Assembly (NCBI GenBank): GCA_905178155.1
Contig: CAJINV010000013.1
Span: forward strand, 2,112,281-2,176,280
Length of the DNA: 64,000 bases
Reading direction: 5' to 3'
Source of the DNA: Amoebophrya sp. A120
Taxonomy: Eukaryota; Protista; Dinoflagellata
The notes below the pieces were generated by a model. The model saw only the letters and a program-made list of their open reading frames with translations, was not told where the DNA came from and ran no database searches. This document shows, piece by piece, positions 12,164 to 21,680 of this stretch. Every line of letters starts with the position of its first letter. Positions within the stretch are counted from its first letter, which is position 1. Position numbers and translations under genes: made by a program.

Positions 12164-14438
12164 TTATGTACCAGCAACGTAGAAGATGTAGATCTCTCTT
12201 GCAAAATTAACATGAAACGCCAACACTGAAACTACACGAGACCAACCTGGGCACAGCTTTTCCAAGACCGGGTTGCACCTGCCCGTGACCAGCCACCATC
12301 CCGCGACAAGAAAGAGCGCGATCACGCCCAACGCAAGGAAAAAGTTCCACCAGCAGGCCCCAAAGTACTTTAAGTGGCAGGTGAACGCGAAAAAACCGCA
12401 GACCGCGCTGCACTCCCCGTCGCCGTATTCCTTCGGGTCCATTTGCTGGGCGTTGGTCTGCCCGCGCTGCTGGCCGAGGGAAGATTTCTCCCGGGTCTGC
12501 AGCACCGTGAAGGAGGCTGAGCGGGAGTCGAGAAGTCGGCCCTTCAAGTCCAACAAATTCAACGTACACTCCGCAGCCAGCTCCTCTTTGCTGTTGGCCA
12601 TTACCTGGATTTCCACCACCCGCTTCTCCTCAAACCTTTCGAGAAACAGGGCGGGAACGGGCGCGGGAGTGATGCCCGTGCTGCACATGATGCCGAGGGA
12701 AAATTGGGCGCGGAAGTCAGACTCCGAGGTGATTTTGGCTTCCAGGGTGCCCGCGCCGGAGAAGGCCTGATAGAGTTGGCGCGAGTCGTTGTCGAAATTG
12801 TATTTTTTCATCTTCTTCAATATGCATCCGATTGTAAACTTCTAATATAGACAGGCGCCATAGCAAAATCAATATCTTTCGCAACAGAAACAAATGATCC
12901 TATTGTGTTGTAAATCCGAGCCCCGTAACACTTACCTCGAAGTTTTTCACTTCGACACTGTAGATTTTCGCCTTGCCGATGCTAGAGACGAATTTCAAGG
13001 AGTCCGCCTTCAGCTCCAAGCGCACCATCGTGGTCTGTCTTTGCTCGTCTAGCGGGCAGACGAAATACTCGTCCACAATGTACCCGGCATCGTCCACCAC
13101 CTGTGTCCCCTCCATCAACCCGTCGCAGTACCGGCTGACGAAATACAAGGGCTTCTGACCGGATTCGTCCTGCGGGTCGTAGTTCTCCCCCACCCGCTGC
13201 GTGTCCTCCTGGTGAAAGTTCTCGATTTGGTTCTTCACACAACTCCCCACCGGGCGCTCGCACATCTCCGACTGGTACTTGAAGGCGGCCCAGGCCACGC
13301 CAATCCGGTCGCAGGTCTCGCCGGACAAATCAAAAAAAGACTTGTCCAGCAACATCGCGTACCGCAAATGGTGCGGGTACAGTAGCACCCGCGGATGGGG
13401 GGTCAGCTTCCCGCCGCCGTCGAAAAAGCGGTCGGGCACCACCAGGTACTGCTGCTGAAAATTGTTCGGCGGACGAGCGGTTGCCAGGTCGCCTGGTGAG
13501 CAACAATTTTGATCTCGTAGCGTTGTTCAGTTCTATTATTCAATAATACCTCTGCATGATCCATGAGATGTAAATTCAAAAGCTAGAAATTTCTTCAACC
13601 TAGTCCCCTTGTAATATTAGTTCGTCTTACCCGTCAACTCCGCAACGACGTAGTTGTTCGAGGAGATGGGGTTCAGGTGCGAGATCGTCAAGTTCTGGAA
13701 AGACAGATCTTGGTGCTGCACCTGGATGTTGATATTGTACATCATGATAGGCGTTTCCACCTCGAAGCCCGCGTACCACAAGCTGTCCGGCTTGATGCAG
13801 TGGTAGGACCGCGACAGGCTGTCGATTAAGTCGCCGCAGTCCACTCCGCCGCGGTTCCGCGTGTTCTCGATAAACCCGCCCGGCGTGCACATGCAGCAGA
13901 ACCCCTCGGAGTACTTCATGTAGTTCCCGCGGCTGTCCGTGCAGATCCCGCAGGTGGCGCCTTGCCCGCCCACGTCGTCCGTGCAGGACGCGGAGGTCCC
14001 GTAGTGCTCGACCATCCGGGAGGGAATCTGCTCCAGGTAGCGCAGCGGGTACTTCCAGTACGACTTGGTTTTCGACCAGGTGATCTTCAGCGGCGTTTTC
14101 AGCTGCTTCTCGTCGTTGCTCACCGTGATTTCCAGGGCCTCCGTGCCCTGCAGCTGCGCCTGCTCGATGGAGAGCAGCAGGGTGACTTTCTCGTCGCAGT
14201 CCAGCGTCTCGCTCGCGGACGTTTTGTCGCACATCTCCAGTTTGGATTGCGCGAGCAGGGACGCCTTGGCGTGGCGAATCAGGTCGTTGGAGAAATGGAA
14301 AATGGCAGCGAGTGGTAGAATCAAGTAGACAGTCGTGGTGGTCCGCCCGAGGTGGCAGCTACAACCAAACGGCTGCGCGCTCCAGAACGACCACATCTTC
14401 TTCCGGTAGTGCCGTGGCCGCCGCATCTTCAGCAACAC
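12164..14438 (-). CDS. HAP2: HAP2/GCS1 gamete fusogen (class II fusion protein), 3 exons
   Basis: GFCCMC, YHCIKPDSLWY and the HAP2-GCS1 motif CDRIGVAWAAFKYQSEMCERPVGSCVKNQI; C-terminal Cys cluster and TM helix; canonical GT-AG introns at ~13493-13630 and ~12768-12936. Confidence 0.93.
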
Positions 14439-15058
14439 CGCACTTTGTTCGTCTTCGTCTTCGTTCCCAAATCAATGCTGCATCAGAACTCTGACGATTG
14501 AATAATATTTTTGATGACGCGAATACAATATTTTGCTCAAAAATCTCCTCGTCGCTCTCGTGGAAGGTCTGGTTCGTCTTGGTCCTCGTTCTCGTTCTGC
14601 TCGTCTACTGAGGTCATATATCAGCACAGCCGTCGTTGCATTTCAATTTCATTCACCTTTTTATCGCTTTCTCCAAGTAACTTTTTTTCGCTTTTCCACC
14701 AAGCCGTTGCAGATTCTTATGCTACATCATGAACAGCTCACTTACTTTCATGGAACCCTCGATCCCACTCCACATCACTTCGAGCGGCGGTGGGGACTAC
14801 TTTTCCTCATCTGATTCGCACCAGGAGCACCGCGCGTGTGCTCAAGATGCTTCCATCTCTGAACCGGATCTTCGCCTCAAATCACCGAAGAAAAACTTCT
14901 AGTTCCTGTATAGTACTAAGTTGTCTTAGCTATGATCTATCACGCCCTTGTTCTTTTCCTCACATCGTACAAACAAAGTTCCACATAGCACCAGAATTGA
15001 AATTCTCACTACTGTACCAACACCGCCTGTCACGGTCCTAAAGACCTCTACCCAGTGC

Positions 15059-15614
15059 TATGCATTGCAAAAGTATCGTACTAGTTAAGTAGGCATTGCA
15101 ATACAAGTTTCCAAGCTCGAAAAAATCTTGCACCTTTTAACTCCTCGTTGCAAAATGACCGCAAAAACCAGAAAAACCGCCTCCCTACGGGTGAGGAGCG
15201 ATTCGTAGGCCGCAGAACGGCTGAGGCAAAGAAAACAAGTCGTGCAATTTTTGAAAATTGGGCAGCGTCTGCTGCTTGCGAAATGACCGCAAAAACCAGA
15301 AAAACCGCCTCCCCACGGATGAGGAGCGATTCCTAGGCCGCAGAACGGCTGAGGGAAAGAAAAAAAGTCGTGCAATTTTGGAAAAGTGGGCAGCGTCTGT
15401 TGCTTGCAAAATGACCGCAAAAACCAGAAAAACCGCCTCCCCACGGGTGAGGAGCGATTCGTAGGCCGCAGAACGGCTGAGGCAAACAAGACAAAAAAAT
15501 CTTGTTAAGTACAATGGTGTTAATGCGGATTATCCCTTCTAAAAAGAGAGGGACTGGTAATGCATGACTGCAACGACTTTTAGTACTACGAATACGATAC
15601 TTTTGCAGAGGATA
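15059..15614. mobile_element. IR element family A (3 x 128-bp units), apparently intergenic or UTR
   Basis: Same TIR and units as 11322; TSD AGTGC/AGCGC (4/5). Confidence 0.85.
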
Positions 15615-15712
15615 AGCGCTGCCTTGAAACATTCTTCATTCAGTACTACCCTGAATCGCGATCTTGATTGAAACATCTAAAAAATCGACTCCTCTTCTCC
15701 TCCTCCGTTTCA

Positions 15713-18700
15713 TCACATCCCCGGTTGCGCGACGATGCCCGGCGCAGCACCGGCCCCGCCGTCCACCAACCCGGGTTGCTGGACCACAATTGCGGCCCCG
15801 CCTACCCCCGGCTGCTCGATCACGGCGGTGCCGTCGTTGCCGCTGACCGCCAGCTTCGGCGGTGGGCCGTAGTGAAGGCGGAGCCAGTGGATCCCGTCTT
15901 CCGACAACGCGCCGGATAAGCCGATGATGGCTTCCTTCCCACCCACGTTGTTCCTCGCCAGGTCAAACGCCTCCAGGCTGGAAAAGTCCTCCTCCAGAAA
16001 GTTCGACCCCTCGAACCGGCCCAGGTTGGTTTGGAACCCCAGCTGCTGGCAGAGCTGCGGCCACCCGTGCAGCGTGAAGGCGCCTTTCATACTCGTCAAG
16101 TACTCGTGCGGCTGGCACTGCACCTCGACCTGTCGCTTCGACTCTGGTGACCCGGCGCACCGCGCCGGAAAACTGCTGTCGACCCGGGTGTTCTCGTCTT
16201 CGGCGACGAGCTGGATGCCGCAGGGCTTTTGGGTCTCCTCCTCCCCGCCCTCGACGAAGATGATGATCTTCAGGAGCTGTTGGAAATTTTGTTCTTTCGG
16301 GAACGATTGGGACAAGTCGTGAGTGTACACATCACACTACATTTTTTGCATGGCAAATTCAAATTATCTAAAACTTTCATCTTCTCGTCCAAAATCCTAT
16401 ACCCTCTGTCCCGAGCCAATCGCACAGATATCGCAGAACTTGTCGCCGTCACCGGTGTTGGTGCCCACCATGGGACCTTCCGTGGGTCCCGCGGGACTAA
16501 CCACGGGCTGCTGGATTATCGGGCCGTTCGGATCGGTCTTCCCAGGGTCATCCATGATAATCACCTCCGGCCCCACAGCGACTGCCGGCTTCTCCTCTTT
16601 TTCTCGTATGAGGCGGAGAGACGAGGAGAAGATGGGTACAAAACATGATAAACATCCACAGAGAGACATGCTCGTCCTAGAAAAAATCCACCACAGTCTC
16701 GATTGGTGTATTAACATCATGATGTCATGGCGGATGCAAAAAGAAAGAAACACGTTGTGATGTGTTGAAAAAGTTATATTTATTAATTGCTGTGAACTAC
16801 ATCAAATGTAGAAGCTGAGCACCAACTCCTCAAAATTATCGGTTTTCATATTCTTAGGCTTGATTTTGTCATCGTGTTTCTTCTGGATTCGGTTCGCCCG
16901 GTACCACATACACAGCTCCATCAGCACGACAATTATCGTCATCACCATCGCCTATCCTATGTAATAACGTCCCCGCCCCATGGTCAAGATGGAAAATCGG
17001 CTAAACAAATCCACAAGCTTTGGCCGTTTTGCATGACAAATTTGGACTCGTAGCGTAGTGCTGTTTGAGGTAGTTCAGCAGCATCACAGATCTAGTTTAT
17101 CATGCTGATTGGAGCATGACAAATTCCAAAACACGACTAGAAAAAGCTTCTCATGAGGCTCCGCATGAGAAACATTCTCAGCATGCAGATTTGCAATTAC
17201 AACTATGTGGTGGGGACGTTTTTAAATACGATATCGCCGTCAGGTTGTTCGACGCCACCCCGCTGATGCCCTCGGCGAGCTTGTGAATCGTGTCGTTCGT
17301 GTATGAGAGTGCACAACTCCTCTTCCCCCTCATTTCTTTGTATATGTCAAATCCTATCTGAGGTGAGCCTTTTGGCTGTGCTTGCATGACAAGTTCTGGA
17401 AGCCCAAACTGCTCTATGCTTTGTGCGCGGATTTGTATATCCAGAGACTGCATTTTTGAGGTGGTTTCTGTTGCTAGAATTGCGCTGCAATTGAGGGGGA
17501 GGGGGAGTTGTGCACTGTCATATCGTGTCCGGGTCGGAGCAATTGTAGTCCTTGACTTCCTGGAAGAAGTCTTGCACGCTGTCCGCCACCACAAAGGCCA
17601 CGATTACGAAGGGCAGGACCAACAGCTTGCACACCAAGCCGACGTACTTACGAAACTTTTCCATGTACTGGTACTCTTCGTGTCCCTCCCCGGGGAACAT
17701 CGGCAAGTCGTACTCCAGCATGTAGTTCATGAAGAACAGAATGGTCAAAACCAAATTCCCGACGGTGTTCAAAATCGAGAATACCAGCACGACGAGCTGA
17801 AAGGTCACGATGTCCTCCACCGGGTTTCGCCGGTTCTTCACTTTCTTCCGTTCCACGCCCTTCTTCACGCATTCCTTGTTCCAGAAAACCTCGGGCATCT
17901 GCGTCAGCCGCCACGTGTCACTGGTCGACGGTTCAAACTCGACACAGGTGCCTGAGGATTTTGTTTTTGGTAATTTTCAATAAGTGGTCCTGCATGACTA
18001 CAGAGCGGCGGTCCTTTGCGAAGATGCAATACGACCGCACAGAAAGGACCATCGTTTAAACAGTCCATGTCCACTTCGCCAAATCAACACTATGCATTGC
18101 AATAAAAGCATCGTACTAGAAGGCCTTGCAATACAAGTTTCTAAGCTCGAAAAATCTCGCAACTTTTTTTGTTGAAGCTGCTGCTTGCAAAAAGACCGCA
18201 AAAATCCGAAAAACCGCGTCCCCACGGGTGAGGAGCGATTCATACTAGGTGGCAGAACGACTGAGGCAAAGACGAAAACTCTTGCAATTTTTGAAAATTG
18301 GCCAGCGCCTCATGCCTAGAAAATGACCGCAAAAACCCAAAAAACCGCCTCCCAACGGGTGAGGAGCGATTCCAAGGCAGCCGAACGGCAGAGACAAAGA
18401 AAAAAAAACTTCCAATTTTTGAAAATTGGCCAGCGGTTCCTCTTTGCAAAATGACCGCAAAAATCCAAAAAACCGCGTCCCCACGGGTGAGCAGCGATTC
18501 ACAGGCGGCAGAACGGCTGAGGCAAAGACGAAAATTCTTGCAATTTTTGAAAATTGGGCAGCGTCTCTCTTCTTCAAAAGGACCAAAAAAACCCAAAAAA
18601 CCGCCTTCCCGCAATTGAGGAGCGATTCCTAGGCGGCAGAACGGCTGAGGCAAAGACAGAAAAATGTTAGCATGGAAAATGGAATTTGTAATGCGGATTT

Positions 18701-21210
18701 TCCCTGAGAGGGGGATTCGTGATCGTGATGCATGCATGACTGCAATTACTACGAATACGATACTTTTGCACCATCTCCGAGTTGTACCTGACCCTCCATT
18801 CTGATTACACCGCTGTCTGGCGGAATTGTGCAGGATTGCCGTGCCGCTGAACCCGGAGTATTGAGCTGGAGTCAGTGCGTTGGTGTACAGGGGCCGCGCC
18901 TTGTCACGGTTCCACTCGATCCACCGCACGTCAGAGTGGTGGCACTTTTGCTCCTCCGACCCACGTATGAAATGCAAAGAAAAGCATCGCGCGAGTAGTG
19001 TTAAAGAAATTTTTTATTATCTTTATCGCGTAAAAAAATTTGAATTGTTCCACGAAAAAAATAAATAAATAAAACTTCCACACCAGGCACATATAATCCC
19101 GGAGCCGGCATGCCAGAGGACGGCAATTATTCGTAAAAATAAGCGATACTTTTCATCAGCGGAGGATACCCAGCACGTGGGGGTTGTCGTAGCAGGGCTC
19201 CACCCCCAGTTCCACGACTGGCGTGGCCTTGTTCCAGCTGTGGAACTGCGTGAACTGCGAGGCCAGCGTCTGGCGGAACGCCTCCGCGTGCGCGCGGTCC
19301 CGCGTGTAAATCAGGACGTAGTTCCCGTCGAAGTTGCTGGTCGTGGAGCTCTGCGCGGCGGTGGGCGCGACCTGCCATCCAGTGGGGAGGGAGGAATTCG
19401 TGCTTCCACCAGCACTCATGTCGAACAAATACACCCCGTACACGGGGCAGTCGTTCGCGGTGGTAACGCAGTACGGCCGCGACACCTTGCCCTCCGCGCC
19501 CACCGACCCAACGGAGCAATCGTACGGTTTGTCGCTGGGACACCCGTCCAGCGCGTGGTCGACGGGCCGGTCGATCGCCGGGATACCCGCCCGGGCCACG
19601 CAGATCTTATCGCAGGAAAAAAGTGTACACAGTTACACACCCTGACGCAAGACCAGCAAGACAGACAACCTCTGTCATGCAGGAAATGCTTTCCAGCCTC
19701 ATTTCATGCGAGTTTTCCTTTAGAGTCTGCGCAATACATTAAGTTTTCTTTGCTATACAGAAACTTTGTGATGCTGAAACTGCAAGAAATGCGTAACTGT
19801 GACACTAAAATCCTGTGATAGATCTTCTTCGACCTCCAGTAGTAGATGACCGCCCCCGGCACCACCGGCGCAAATTGGTTGCAGCCGTGCTGCACCTGCT
19901 CGCCGGAACAAGAGCCTTTGTTCATCACGTAGTGCCACGAGTAGGTCTCGCACGTGGTTTCCTCGATCTCGTTGCCCTGCTGGTCCGTTCGCGTGCGCGT
20001 CTTCTCCACGCACCGTGCGTTCCAGCACTCGCACCCCGTGTTTACCCCCTCGTAGTTGCGCCAGGCCTTGCCGCCGAGCTGCGGGCTGATGTCGTCGCTC
20101 ATCCGGCTCCAGGACTGGAAGGCCTCCTCGTACCCGGCCGGGCAAGCGACGCTGGTACTGGATATGACCTCCTCAAACGTTACAATCTCAAGCGTTACAA
20201 TAGAGTTTGGAAATCAGTGATGCAAGAAGTGCATGATCTAGCCAAGTCTCATAGGACTGCGCATGACAAGTTCCGGAGCCCCAAACCGCACTACAATCTG
20301 CCGAAATTTGTCTTGCAGAAAGTGGAGTGGTCTGCGAGTCTGTCATGCTCATTATGCAACACAAATTCCAGATTCTATTGTAACGTTTGAGATTGAGATT
20401 GTAACGTGTGAGCAGGCCATACTGGACTTGTCCAGGATCTGGATGTCGTTGACCGGCTGCAAGGACCAGTTGCGCAGAATGCCGATCACCTCGTTCGTGC
20501 TGTCGGCCAACTCGATGTAGGCCAGGATGGCAAAAATCATGATCACGACCGCGTAAACGTATCCACAGTGAATTTATCTTTCCCGTACAACTACACCTAC
20601 AAATGAAATACTAATGCGGTTTCTGCATGATAAAGCTTGATGCCTTCAAGCCGATTGCTCAGCATGACAAGTGGTAGCCTCCAAAGTGGCGAAACTTGTG
20701 ATCGACATCTCGTATGAATGTGTACGAGCGGTTGCGGTGGTGGAAATTTGTATTGCATAAAATGGACTGGAACACCATGAACCAAAACAGCACCATTTTC
20801 AGCTTCCCCGGTTTTTCCTCCTCGGAAGAGGCATTAGAACCCGCGTCCGACTGGTGCACGCCCTCGGCGTAGAAGGGGGCGCTGCGGGCTTCTTTCGTGA
20901 AACTTTGTTCCTTCGTACTCGTAATATGTAGATGGTTCTGGTGCGGGACAGAACTGAACCGCCCGTCGGTTCGCAACGCGGTGGAATCGCTTGACCATGA
21001 CCTCAACTGGACCTCCGCGCCCCCGGTGGTCAAGTTTCCACAATGTGCGACGGACATACTTGCCACCCTGTCGGCACTGCCGGAAGATGTTGATGAAACT
21101 TCCGTCCTTATACTTCTTTTGGTTTTAATATTGCCAACAGACGTTGCGCACTTCCTAGGGTCAAGCCCAACCGTGGTCAACCTGTCAGGAATTCTCGCTT
21201 GCTCCTCCAT
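15713..21210 (-). CDS. Multi-exon membrane protein: TM, Cys-rich ectodomain, further TMs, probable C-terminal jacalin-like lectin domain
   Basis: In-frame joins: QSI|YAVV, DKSS|TSVA, SKKI|CVAR, GILR|GSEE, GSG|TCVE (GT-AG 17952-18787), DPDT|NDTI, NLTA|MVMT, KPKK|KEEK, QR|CDVY (GT-AG 16337-16402); GDGDKFCD...GIQL...EYLTSMKG...LGFQTNLG...IIGLSG resembles a jacalin beta-prism. Confidence 0.7.
16607..16850. mobile_element. Decayed TAT...ATA introner
   Basis: TATGA/TCATA ends, decayed TSD TCTCG/TTCTT; removal is in frame. Confidence 0.55.
16953..17233. mobile_element. IR introner
   Basis: ~30-bp TIR TATCCTATGTAATAACGTCCCCG.. / ..TGGGGACGTTTTTAAATACGATA; perfect TSD TCGCC; frame restored. Confidence 0.9.
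17302..17522. mobile_element. IR introner
   Basis: TIR TATGA(G/C)AGTGCACAACTCC..CCCCCTCA; perfect TSD TCGTG; frame restored. Confidence 0.9.
18091..18774. mobile_element. IR element family A (4 units) nested inside a canonical GT-AG intron (17952-18787)
   Basis: Family A ends and 128-bp units; right end eroded, no TSD seen. Confidence 0.8.
18966..19158. mobile_element. Decayed introner with family A-like ends
   Basis: AAAAGCATCGC / GCGATACTTTT; removing 196 bp gives GILR|GSEE. Confidence 0.55.
19608..19820. mobile_element. IR introner
   Basis: TIR TATC(G/A)CAGGA..AGTGT..ACAGTTAC; perfect TSD GATCT; frame restored. Confidence 0.9.
20163..20421. mobile_element. IR introner family B
   Basis: TIR TATG(A/G)CCT(C/G)CTCA(A/C)ACGTTACAATCTCAA; perfect TSD CTGGA; frame restored; best pair GT-CA. 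Confidence 0.92.
20560..20759. mobile_element. Decayed TAT...ATA introner
   Basis: TSD AAACG/AAATG; removal yields a continuous TM helix MVLFWFMVFQSIYAVVIMIFAILAY. Confidence 0.7.
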
Positions 21211-21680
21211 TCTTGCACTCTTCCTCTTTTAAAAGAGAAATGAAGCTACTCCGGTTGTGGAAGGTAGTGCTGCATTCTGCCAATTTAAGTACAATTCCGA
21301 TTTCGTCCTTCGATTGGTGCACGTGTAAGACGTATGGCAGAAGCTCAAACGACGCCAATGGAAAGAGACGAAAAAGACCCACCACACACTCAACTCAAGA
21401 AGAAGATGAAGAAAGCAACATCGATATAAGTATAATAAGTTCTTCGAAAAAATAGCGTCTCCGTTTTGCAGCGAATTTTCATGCACTCTCTTGATGATGA
21501 TCATGGTCATTATGATTTCGTGCATCTCCGACCACTTACTGCGTGACCTAGTGCAGCCTCTGTACAAAAACACTTTCCGCTGGTGCATCCTCTACTTCCA
21601 CCTTGGGTATCCTACAATGAGTTACACCGTCCGGCGTCGTTCTCATTTTGCAACGAGGATCCCGGGATGCGTACCTGTCG

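Noticed and set aside
11316-20426. 6-bp TSD model (ACGAGT, ATCGCC, ACTGGA, AGATCT)
   Set aside because: The sixth base is the terminal A of the TIR; copies at 32694, 59019, 61427 and 62717 show only 5 duplicated bases.
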